Source of the DNA: a virus | Taxonomy: Duplodnaviria; Heunggongvirae; Uroviricota; Caudoviricetes | Virus record (IMG/VR): IMGVR_UViG_2531839476_000007 | Coordinates: 1-12,109 of that record | Reading direction: 5' to 3' (one strand) | Length of the DNA stretch: 12,109 nt | Part shown: piece by piece, positions 1 through 6,428 of the stretch | How the letters are laid out: each line of letters opens with the position of its first letter | How positions within the stretch are numbered: position 1 is the first letter of the stretch | Position numbers and translations under genes: made by a program | Notes under the pieces: generated by a model | What the model was told of the DNA's origin: nothing | The model's input: only the letters and a program-made list of their open reading frames with translations | The model's database searches: none

Positions 1-149
1 ACAAAATCTATAACCATGAATTAATTCATTCACAAGACCTGATCATGCTGCGGTCTGGTGAATTTTCTAAATCGCCTATTCGAGTTTCATTTTGCCCGTT
101 CTGTGGTGAAAGTCTGAAAACGTGGGAAGCGGAGGCAACCAGTGAATAA
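1..149 (+). CDS. 3' end of an upstream gene, 5'-truncated by the window edge; hypothetical protein with a C-terminal CxxC pair
   Basis: Frame 3 is open from the window start to TAA at 147-149 (…MLRSGEFSKSPIRVSFCPFCGESLKTWEAEATSE). Its stop overlaps the GTG start of the next ORF (GTGAATAA), typical of coupled phage genes. Not in the ORF track because it is short and partial. Confidence 0.3.
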   Translation, partial: KIYNHELIHSQDLIMLRSGEFSKSPIRVSFCPFCGESLKTWEAEATSE

Positions 150-786
150 CCGCTTTTACATGATGTGCTTGCGTGAAACTGTGGGTAATAACGCCTCATT
201 CCATTGCCATAACGGCAATGGTTACAGTTCTGATATCGATCGCGCTCATGTTTACACGCTGGAAGAAGCCCAAAAAGCCTGGAATTGTGGACGAGATATC
301 GATCAGCCTGTTTGCGCTGATAGCGTGGATGCAATGGCTGTGTGGCACGTTGATTGCCAGTACATCCCCACAGAAAGCCTGATTGAGTCAGATTGCACTG
401 CGTATGTGGCCTACAAAAAAGGTAGCTGGAACGGCAACGATGTTTACTGGCTTCAACACGGTGGATTGCCAACAGATGACTTCAGTAAAGCGACCATCTT
501 TAGCGTCGCCAACAAAAACGAACCAGGAATAGTTTGGTTGCCATTTTCCATTGCTGATGCAGCAAAGCGTCGGACGTTCAATATCAATAACTTTAACCGC
601 AGAACAATGGTTCAGGGCGCAGGTTTGGTCATGCCTGACTGGTTGAAAGAGCAGAACAGAAGAAAGAAGTCGCGAAGCGGGAAGGTGCGTTGGAATTGTC
701 CGCATTGCGGAAAAATAACCTGGCAGTACAGCCCATATGATTTTGAAGGCTGTAGTGATTACAACTGTGAAGGATGGCGAGAATGA
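142..786 (+). CDS. hypothetical phage protein, 214 aa, with a C-terminal Cys cluster (CPHCGK…CSDYNCEGW)
   Basis: ORF-track ORF. GTG start at 142 is preceded by GGAGG at 131-135 (6-nt spacing); ATGs at 160/163 are alternatives. No family recognised. Confidence 0.55.
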   Translation: MNNRFYMMCLRETVGNNASFHCHNGNGYSSDIDRAHVYTLEEAQKAWNCGRDIDQPVCADSVDAMAVWHVDCQYIPTESLIESDCTAYVAYKKGSWNGNDVYWLQHGGLPTDDFSKATIFSVANKNEPGIVWLPFSIADAAKRRTFNINNFNRRTMVQGAGLVMPDWLKEQNRRKKSRSGKVRWNCPHCGKITWQYSPYDFEGCSDYNCEGWRE

Positions 787-1529
787 CAATTGACTATCAG
801 GCACTGCGTGAGGCGGCAGAGCGTGCAATTCCGGCAATGGAACACCTGTTAATGTTGCCAGTTGATGATGATTTGTTAACTGAACAGGAACTTAAGGATT
901 ACGGTGTGGATATTGATGCGCTCAACGCCTTCAAATTTCTGACCGGACCAGAAACCGTGCTGGCACTACTGGATGAACGGGAAAGAAACCAGCAATACAT
1001 CAAACGCCGCGACCAGGAGAACGAGGATATTGCGCTAACGGTTGGGAGGCTGCTAATCGAAAACGGCCAGCTTGTTGCCGATACGCTACGCCACTTAGCT
1101 GATAACGAAATCGACTCTGATTATTTTGCTATCACCTCAACGAATGAGAACGGTACTGAAATTGATCATGAGATGGCTATTACCGATTACGCACTGCAAG
1201 CTGCCGGAACTGTAGACGAATTGGTTGCAGCGCTGGAATCCGCAGAGAAGCGCATAGCAGAACTGGAAGCACGGGAAATAAAACCAGCCAAAGGCGAAGT
1301 TCTTGTCGTTGTATCTGGTTTTACTGGTTGCGGAAAAAGCGCCATTGCCGGGGAAATAGAAATCGCGATGAAGGCTATTGGTGTACCGGTTAAGTGGACT
1401 AATGGCGATGCAGAAAAGCGCATGACTGGCGCTGACTGGCTGACAGCGATTGAGATGTACAAACCAACTGTGCGCATCGCGGAAGTTAATGTGCCACGCG
1501 CCGCTGGCATTCGCATCAAAGGAGAGTGA
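783..1529 (+). CDS. hypothetical acidic/coiled-coil phage protein (about 248 aa) with a Walker-A-like GFTGCGKS motif near the C-terminus
   Basis: ORF-track ORF 774..1529; start is ATG 774 or ATG 783 (MTIDYQALREAAERA…). Overlaps the stop of the preceding ORF. P-loop-like motif is encoded around 1314-1340. Confidence 0.6.
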   Translation: MTIDYQALREAAERAIPAMEHLLMLPVDDDLLTEQELKDYGVDIDALNAFKFLTGPETVLALLDERERNQQYIKRRDQENEDIALTVGRLLIENGQLVADTLRHLADNEIDSDYFAITSTNENGTEIDHEMAITDYALQAAGTVDELVAALESAEKRIAELEAREIKPAKGEVLVVVSGFTGCGKSAIAGEIEIAMKAIGVPVKWTNGDAEKRMTGADWLTAIEMYKPTVRIAEVNVPRAAGIRIKGE

Positions 1530-1534
1530 GTGAT

Positions 1535-1732
1535 ATGGATAAAAACACCACTGCTTACTGGAATCTGTCACTTGATACCGAATGCCCCAAATGTGGTCAC
1601 AATTTCGATCTGCTCTGTGATGCTGATTTCTGGGAGTTTTCTGGAGCAAAACAGGCATGTGAAGAAATAAAAGGTTACGAAACATGCTGCCCAGAATGTA
1701 ACCATGAATTTAAAACAGATTTTGTGTATTGA
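1535..1732 (+). CDS. small Cys-rich zinc-ribbon-like protein, about 65 aa (CPKCGH … CCPECNH)
   Basis: ORF-track ORF 1526..1732. ATG at 1535 sits 8 nt after GGAGAG (1521-1526); the GTG at 1526 overlaps the previous stop. Two CxxC pairs about 40 residues apart. Confidence 0.55.
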   Translation: MDKNTTAYWNLSLDTECPKCGHNFDLLCDADFWEFSGAKQACEEIKGYETCCPECNHEFKTDFVY

Positions 1733-1742
1733 GGCATAACGA

Positions 1743-2933
1743 ATGACCACTTTTACTAAAGAACAATTAATAGAGATAATTAAGCGCAATATAACGGTTA
1801 TGGATCGTTATCCTGATTTAGTAACTGCACAAATGGATCTGGAAGTATACAAAATCGCGCTGGCATCACTGGAAGCAGAACCAGTTGCTTATATTTTCAA
1901 ACATCCGGCCGGGAAATTATTCTGGGCTTTAACGGATGAAAGCAATAAAGAGCAACCGGACGTTATTCCTGTTTATGCTGACTCACCTGCGCCGGTTGTG
2001 CCGGATGAAATAGACGTAAACGATGTACCAAGGGCGGTGACATATTTCAAGACACACAGAGATTGTTACGCAGATGGCTGGAACGCCTGCCGCGCCGCCA
2101 TGCTTCAGTCCGGAAACTTTCGGGAAAATAAGAATTCGTCAACCAATAATTTTCGGGAAATCGCGGAAACGTCAACCAACTATCCGGTAATTCCTAGTGA
2201 GGTGTTGTCCGCAATCCTGAAGGTTGCCAAGATTCGTGCCGATTTCGATGATTTTGACGGTGACAGGCGAGGTATCGGTGATTGTCTGGATGAGGCTGAG
2301 CAAGAGCTTATCGTTACCATTAACAAATATGCCAGTCAGTTGGCAGCAGAACCGATAGCGACTAATGACGTTCGAGAGCAAACAGCCGTTCCGCCAGTTC
2401 CTGTAATACAGGCTGATGTCGCGCAGGCAATTGAAAAACTCAAACGGAAATTAGTGGAATGCAATCGCTATAACTACTGCGCAGATGCAGTTAAGGGCGT
2501 TGAGTATGCCTGCCACGCTGCCATGCTTCAGGGTAGCCAACCTGTAAGCCAAACTTACAAGTTTCCAGTTAATACACCTTGCCAGGATGCGCCAGCCCAT
2601 ATCTGGCTGCAAACAGCTGGAGTATGGCCAGAAGATGGCGAGTTAAGCGAATTAACGTGGTGCAGCCACAATCAGCACCATGATGACACGCTATATGTTC
2701 GAGCTGACTTGGTAAATGGCAATTCTCAGGTAACTCCGGATGGTTGGATAAGCTGTAGTGAGCGAATGCCCGCTCAAGATGATTGGATTTTAATTTATTC
2801 AAAGCACGGTGAGTATATGGCAGGACAGGTGCAAGGGGAATACGTGGAGTTGAGCGACGGCACTTTATCCTGGTTAGGGAACGCCTTGTTCTGGATGCTG
2901 CTACCAGAACCTCCCCAGGAGGCAGGTCAATGA
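1743..2933 (+). CDS. DUF551-type phage protein, 396 aa, with internal duplications
   Basis: ATG 1743 preceded by GAGG at 1731-1734. The C-terminus (WISCSERMPAQDDWILIY…FWMLLPEPPQ) resembles the DUF551 pattern recalled from enterobacterial prophage proteins (W…ER(L/M)P…W…(M/L)P(L/E)PP). Contains a 33-bp tandem duplication and a repeated AAMLQ motif. Confidence 0.7.
   Translation: MTTFTKEQLIEIIKRNITVMDRYPDLVTAQMDLEVYKIALASLEAEPVAYIFKHPAGKLFWALTDESNKEQPDVIPVYADSPAPVVPDEIDVNDVPRAVTYFKTHRDCYADGWNACRAAMLQSGNFRENKNSSTNNFREIAETSTNYPVIPSEVLSAILKVAKIRADFDDFDGDRRGIGDCLDEAEQELIVTINKYASQLAAEPIATNDVREQTAVPPVPVIQADVAQAIEKLKRKLVECNRYNYCADAVKGVEYACHAAMLQGSQPVSQTYKFPVNTPCQDAPAHIWLQTAGVWPEDGELSELTWCSHNQHHDDTLYVRADLVNGNSQVTPDGWISCSERMPAQDDWILIYSKHGEYMAGQVQGEYVELSDGTLSWLGNALFWMLLPEPPQEAGQ
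2118..2183 (+). repeat. in-frame imperfect 2 x 33-bp tandem duplication inside the DUF551 gene
   Basis: Unit 1 (2118-2150) tttcgggaaaataagaattcgtcaaccaataat and unit 2 (2151-2183) tttcgggaaatcgcggaaacgtcaaccaactat share 24/33 nt, including exact 10-mer and 9-mer blocks. They encode FRENKNSSTNN / FREIAETSTNY. Confidence 0.8.
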
Positions 2934-3013
2934 GCTGGCCTGAAGCATTCGCAACGGTAGGAATTGTGATGGCGGCAGCACTGGGTTTGTATTCAATTTG
3001 TCGCTGGTGGTAA
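2930..3013 (+). CDS. unlisted small hydrophobic peptide, 27 aa (MSWPEAFATVGIVMAAALGLYSICRWW)
   Basis: Perfect Shine-Dalgarno AGGAGG at 2917-2922, 7 nt before ATG 2930. The ATG overlaps the upstream TGA (ATGA) and the stop TAA 3011-3013 lies 2 nt before the next ATG. Predicted single transmembrane helix. Below the track's 60-aa cutoff. Confidence 0.45.
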   Translation: MSWPEAFATVGIVMAAALGLYSICRWW

Positions 3014-3015
3014 CG

Positions 3016-3249
3016 ATGAGGAAATTAACTTTTGTAGTCGAATTTGAGGATGGTAAAGAGCCACCTGTTAGCGCCAATCTTGATGTTGCTGGTGGAAGGC
3101 TTGTTTCGGTTCTATTTGGTGACTACCGAGATGACTTCTTCCAACCAGAAGAAGTTGATGTAGTGCGAGAGGCATTAAACGAGTTAAGTGTTGACAACGA
3201 TGATGCTCATGCGGAAATCATCCAAAAAATGGAACTGCTAACTCACTAA
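3016..3249 (+). CDS. hypothetical acidic protein, 77 aa
   Basis: ORF-track ORF 2998..3249 (TTG start); ATG 3016 (MRKLTFVVEF…) is more plausible and sits directly after the small ORF. No family recognised. Confidence 0.5.
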   Translation: MRKLTFVVEFEDGKEPPVSANLDVAGGRLVSVLFGDYRDDFFQPEEVDVVREALNELSVDNDDAHAEIIQKMELLTH

Positions 3250-3297
3250 ATTATCAATTATGGTGCTATAACCTACGACACCGAGAGAAAATTTATA

Positions 3298-3420
3298 ATG
3301 TCAAAAGTAAATGTTTTGATTTTTTCAGCAATTGTTGGCTTTGGTTTTACTGCCGGAGTGCAGATTTATATTACGTGGGAAAAAATCATCAACTACGCAT
3401 GGAGTTGTTTTATTAAGTGA
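3298..3420 (+). CDS. unlisted small membrane protein, 40 aa (MSKVNVLIFSAIVGFGFTAGVQIYITWEKIINYAWSCFIK)
   Basis: ATG 3298 to TGA 3418-3420. The stop overlaps the GAGG RBS of the next gene. An extended -10-like TGCTATAAC lies at 3264-3272 upstream. Hydrophobic N-terminal helix. RBS is weak (GAGAGA). Confidence 0.35.
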   Translation: MSKVNVLIFSAIVGFGFTAGVQIYITWEKIINYAWSCFIK

Positions 3421-3427
3421 GGTAAGT

Positions 3428-3721
3428 ATGTGGAGAGGTAATAATCATGGCAAAAGCCAGATGATACTTACCGAATATAAGCTAGACCACAAAACCAATA
3501 AATCACGCTCAGTATATTTGCTCCGGCACAATAGTCGCGTAAGAAATACCGTGCTGGAACAAAATCTGACAGTTGAAATGGATAATTACGGGGGATTCAA
3601 GCCAACAATTTCACTTGATGATTTTCCTCGTGGTTTAAGCGAAAGAGAAGCAATGCTGAAATTAGCAGAATGGCTACAAAGATTAAGCATTGCTATTGAA
3701 GATAACTGGTCTGAACCTTAA
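3428..3721 (+). CDS. hypothetical protein, about 97 aa
   Basis: In frame with track ORF 3332..3721. ATG 3428 is preceded by GAGG (3419-3422, 5-nt spacing). The track's upstream start at 3332 has no RBS and lies inside the small ORF. Confidence 0.5.
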   Translation: MWRGNNHGKSQMILTEYKLDHKTNKSRSVYLLRHNSRVRNTVLEQNLTVEMDNYGGFKPTISLDDFPRGLSEREAMLKLAEWLQRLSIAIEDNWSEP

Positions 3722-3727
3722 ATTTAT

Positions 3728-4102
3728 ATGATGACACTAAAACATTTTCTTGACCGCCCATTATGGGCGGCAGCCGCAGGCTATGACTTTAATTATATGG
3801 ATTGCATGTCTTATACCGCCAATGCATACGACCATTCCTTCAGTCTGCTGTTTAATTCTTTAAGAATATTGCCGCAAACAGAAGTTGGAGAGCTTCATTT
3901 ATGGCTATTGGGCTTTATCGCGGCTGTCGTTGGTATTGCTGTATGGCCTTTTATTTTCTGGCTGGTGGCTGTTGTAGTGTGGGTTAAGTGCAAGACATAC
4001 CGGAAAAAGTATTTCTTAGGTGATGGAATGACTGATATTGCCAAAATGAACATTGAAGAATGGACTAAGGAATGTGAAAAGAAATGGCGCAAAAAGAAAT
4101 GA
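3728..4102 (+). CDS. hypothetical membrane protein, 124 aa
   Basis: ORF-track ORF. Long hydrophobic segment LWLLGFIAAVVGIAVWPFIFWLVAVVVWV followed by a basic C-terminus (…KKWRKKK). The 3' end overlaps the next gene. Confidence 0.55.
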   Translation: MMTLKHFLDRPLWAAAAGYDFNYMDCMSYTANAYDHSFSLLFNSLRILPQTEVGELHLWLLGFIAAVVGIAVWPFIFWLVAVVVWVKCKTYRKKYFLGDGMTDIAKMNIEEWTKECEKKWRKKK

Positions 4103-4734
4103 CCAGAATCACTGAAGAGCGCATATCAGAGATTATTTCCCGTATCGAAATGTATGGTCACGGTGCTGGATATACGGCAGATGAAGTATTGGAAATAGCC
4201 CAGCAGATGCTGGCCTTGAGACAAAAAGAGCAACATGAAAGTAATACGTGTAGATTGAATTTTGAGCATTGGCTGGAACAGCAACGCGGGAAAATCGATG
4301 TGGACTGTGGTTGTGTGTCCACTGAAACATTCATGCACTGGCTGCGGGTAGCTTACGAGGCTGGCAACTATCCGGATATTCCGGATAGTTCGGTGCCAGC
4401 ACCAGGAAAGGGCGTCACCGGTGAACGTATCCGAATTAAGCCGCATGTTTATCGCGAACTGGTTAACCGTCTCCACGATACAGCGATCAAGTGTGCTGGC
4501 ACCCAGCAATTACGAGAAAGAATTAGCCGTGTTTTGGGCGACGTTATTACACCAGATCATCATAAACAAGCCGAGAAAAGTGGCCTGGAAAGGTGTCGCC
4601 TTGAGGCGGCATTAAACATTAAGCCGGGGCATACGCTTGGCATTATTGATGCACTATTGGTTCATAAGATGGCCAGGGCTTTATTGCCGCTGGTGGCTGA
4701 AAAGCATGAGGTGGACCATGCCAACGAAAGCTGA
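4084..4734 (+). CDS. hypothetical soluble phage protein, 216 aa
   Basis: ORF-track ORF. Start ATG 4084 overlaps the previous gene (alternative ATG 4099). No family recognised. Confidence 0.55.
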   Translation: MAQKEMTRITEERISEIISRIEMYGHGAGYTADEVLEIAQQMLALRQKEQHESNTCRLNFEHWLEQQRGKIDVDCGCVSTETFMHWLRVAYEAGNYPDIPDSSVPAPGKGVTGERIRIKPHVYRELVNRLHDTAIKCAGTQQLRERISRVLGDVITPDHHKQAEKSGLERCRLEAALNIKPGHTLGIIDALLVHKMARALLPLVAEKHEVDHANES

Positions 4735-5002
4735 ATTACAGGTGCGCGTAGATGAGCTTGAAAAAGAGAACGCGAGCCTCAAAAAAATGCTGTCGCGGGC
4801 GGAAAGGGAATTATCAGGCAAATTATTGCCAGAAGAACTGCCACCAGCAGATATACCTGATCGAGTGTCCTGGTGGATGAAGTATTTCCGTGCACCGTGG
4901 GAGGCGTTTTGGTGCTACGACCATCGCAGATGGTGTGATGAACTTGATAGCAATTTTCCCTACTTTGCGGAAGGGAACACCTGCCCTCAATGCAGGGGAT
5001 AG
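4718..5002 (+). CDS. hypothetical protein, about 94 aa, coiled-coil N-terminus and C-terminal CPQCRG
   Basis: In frame with track ORF 4637..5002. ATG 4718 is preceded by GAGGTGG (4708-4714) and overlaps the end of the previous gene. Last gene of the left-hand + strand block. Confidence 0.5.
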   Translation: MPTKAELQVRVDELEKENASLKKMLSRAERELSGKLLPEELPPADIPDRVSWWMKYFRAPWEAFWCYDHRRWCDELDSNFPYFAEGNTCPQCRG

Positions 5003-5337
5003 CATTTGACGAAATCGATCACCCTATCCTGAACTTCAGAAAGAAGGTCTTTTTCACGCGCCAGGACGTCAGGATATTGACGTTCTGGCCTTACCAGATG
5101 CCGGAGCTTCCCATTAAGCAGAATGGCCTCAGAAAACACTTTTACGCTGTGCTTTATCCCCTCTGTTTCACTTTTCAGCGTCAAAATAAAGCGCAATTGC
5201 TTATTAGCCTGATTCGGATTCAATACACGAATTTGCAGTTCGTCTATGCTGTTCCGCAATGGGATTGATGCCACCACACTGGTGCAGTCTCTGATTGTCT
5301 GAATTGAACGGCTAACATTGAGAACGTTATTGTGCAT
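4987..5337 (-). CDS. doubtful antisense ORF, 116 aa, in the gap between the left gene block and hot
   Basis: Only long ORF covering the 367-bp gap 5003-5369, but there is no convincing RBS (AGGAG lies about 14 nt upstream of the ATG) and no recognisable family. A + strand ORF 4990..5268 competes for the same DNA. Confidence 0.2.
   Translation of the reverse strand: MHNNVLNVSRSIQTIRDCTSVVASIPLRNSIDELQIRVLNPNQANKQLRFILTLKSETEGIKHSVKVFSEAILLNGKLRHLVRPERQYPDVLAREKDLLSEVQDRVIDFVKCYPLH
5060..5089. repeat. 12-bp-stem inverted repeat (hairpin) centred on GACGTC
   Basis: gccaggacgtca (5060-5071) / ggatat loop / tgacgttctggc (5078-5089); 11 Watson-Crick pairs plus one G-T. Lies 58 nt after the stop at 5002. 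No adjacent U-tract on either strand. Confidence 0.5.
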
Positions 5338-5369
5338 GTGCCTGATCCACTAACTCCTGGAGGTTTCTT

Positions 5370-5621
5370 GTGTCAGATCGAAATATAGCAGCTAAAAGCC
5401 AGGAAGAGCGAGACAAGGTGAACGTAGACCTTGCCGCCAGCGGCGTTGCTTACAAAGAACGGCTGAATATACCTGTGATTGCAGAGCAGGTGGCCCGTGA
5501 GCAACCGGAAAACCTGCGCGCCTATTTCATGGAACGGCTACGGCACTACCGGCAGTTAAGCCTCCAGTTGCCAAAAGGGAGCGATCCGGTGTATCAGAAC
5601 GAGGATGCACCAAAAAAATAA
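5370..5621 (+). CDS. hot: Hot, homolog of the DNA polymerase III theta subunit (HolE), 83 aa
   Basis: GTG 5370 is preceded by GGAGG (5359-5363). The core [43 protein letters not shown] matches my recollection of E. coli theta ([43 protein letters not shown]). Position before humD fits the P1 gene order. Confidence 0.8.
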   Translation: MSDRNIAAKSQEERDKVNVDLAASGVAYKERLNIPVIAEQVAREQPENLRAYFMERLRHYRQLSLQLPKGSDPVYQNEDAPKK

Positions 5622-5680
5622 CGGCAAGATGGGGGAGAAATGTGATTAGCCCCCAGCGTGGCGCGCCTACAAACCCCGCT

Positions 5681-5726
5681 TTCACAAACTATGCCTTTTC
5701 AATGTATACTGTATGAATAAACAGTA
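5681..5726 (+). promoter_or_regulatory. SOS-type promoter with a LexA box overlapping the -10, upstream of humD
   Basis: -35 TTCACA (5681-5686), -10 TATACT (5705-5710), and TACTGTATGAATAAACAGTA (5707-5726), which fits the LexA consensus TACTG-N10-CAGTA. RBS GAGG 5732-5735 and ATG 5745 follow. Confidence 0.8.
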
Positions 5727-5744
5727 TCATTGAGGTAAAACGCT

Positions 5745-6134
5745 ATGGGCTTCCCTTCTCCTGCGGCGGATTATGTTGAAAGCCGAATTTCTCTTGATCA
5801 GCAGATAATTAGACATCCTTCAGCGACCTACTTCATGCGGGCAGCTGATAGCCATCACCGTGAGGGAATATTGCAGGGTGCTTTGCTGGTGGTTGATTCC
5901 TCGCTTACTCCGGTTGATGGTTCTCTGCTTGTGTGCGCTATGGAGGGTGAATATCGCATAAAGAGATACAGGAAGTATCCGCGCCAGCACCTGGAGGACT
6001 TAAGCACCGGGAAGAAAGAGGCGTTACCAGTAGATGACGATGGATACACGGGCAGTAATGCTGTTTTTGGTGTGATCACTCATGTCATCAATGATGCCCG
6101 AAGTGGGGAATTTGATGATTGTCCGGTTATTTAA
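5745..6134 (+). CDS. humD: HumD, a UmuD'-like S24-family protein lacking the UmuD N-terminal pro-segment, 129 aa
   Basis: Begins MGFPSPAADYVE…, aligning with UmuD residues just after its Cys24-Gly25 self-cleavage site (…CG/FPSPAADYVE). Ser in ADSH and Lys in YRIKRYRK align with the UmuD Ser/Lys dyad. An in-frame TAA at 5736-5738 rules out a longer N-terminus. Confidence 0.85.
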   Translation: MGFPSPAADYVESRISLDQQIIRHPSATYFMRAADSHHREGILQGALLVVDSSLTPVDGSLLVCAMEGEYRIKRYRKYPRQHLEDLSTGKKEALPVDDDGYTGSNAVFGVITHVINDARSGEFDDCPVI

Positions 6135-6169
6135 GCTGCAAAGTGCTGGTGCTTTATGCCTGTGAAGTT

Positions 6170-6198
6170 TATAATTGTGTACACATAACGAGTACACG
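6170..6198 (+). promoter_or_regulatory. phd-doc promoter -10 and two palindromic operator half-site pairs
   Basis: Perfect -10 TATAAT (6170-6175), then perfect 10-bp palindrome TGTGTACACA (6176-6185) and imperfect palindrome CGAGTACACG (6189-6198, 8/10), centres 13 bp apart. This is the arrangement expected for Phd autorepression. Confidence 0.6.
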
Positions 6199-6206
6199 AG
6201 GTGTTT

Positions 6207-6428
6207 ATGCAATCCATTAACTTCCGTACCGCGCGTGGCAACCTTTCTGAAGTGCTCAACAATGTTGAAGCCGGGGAAGAGGTTGAAATCACCCGCAGAG
6301 GCCGTGAGCCAGCAGTAATTGTCAGCAAGGCTACTTTCGAAGCCTACAAAAAAGCGGCGCTGGATGCTGAATTTGCATCCCTGTTTGACACCCTGGACTC
6401 CACCAACAAGGAACTGGTTAACCGATAA
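6207..6428 (+). CDS. phd: Phd antitoxin (prevent host death), 73 aa
   Basis: [73 protein letters not shown] matches my recollection of P1 Phd. Stop TAA overlaps the doc ATG (TAATG at 6426-6430). Confidence 0.92.
   Translation: MQSINFRTARGNLSEVLNNVEAGEEVEITRRGREPAVIVSKATFEAYKKAALDAEFASLFDTLDSTNKELVNR

Noticed and set aside
26-837. Long - strand ORFs 26..472 and 388..837 in the six-frame track
   Set aside because: They lie entirely antisense to + strand genes that have good RBSs and coupled starts, and they lack an RBS. Most likely shadow ORFs.
1021-1040. Second C1-operator-like match (ATTGCGCTAACGGTTGG)
   Set aside because: Only about 10/17 to consensus and it is inside a coding region with no promoter context.
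1137-1789. - strand ORFs 1137..1685, 1187..1519 and 1568..1789
   Set aside because: Antisense to the 783..1529 and 1535..1732 genes, low-complexity or odd composition, no RBS. Treated as non-coding shadows.
3332-3427. Track start at 3332 for ORF 3332..3721
   Set aside because: That start has no RBS and overlaps the better-supported 40-aa ORF in another frame; ATG 3428 with GAGG upstream is the more plausible start.
4990-5268. + strand ORF 4990..5268 (92 aa) as a real gene
   Set aside because: No RBS, odd aromatic-rich composition, and it competes with the antisense ORF. Left unresolved as part of the ambiguous gap, not called as a feature.
4987-5337. IS element or transposase fragment in the 5003-5369 gap
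   Set aside because: No terminal inverted repeats, no target-site duplication and no similarity I recognise to IS1, IS2 or IS3 transposases.
5631-5654. GGGGG-N14-CCCCC hairpin after hot as an intrinsic terminator
   Set aside because: The loop is 14 nt, the stem only 5 bp, and no U-tract follows; humD probably has its own promoter just downstream anyway.
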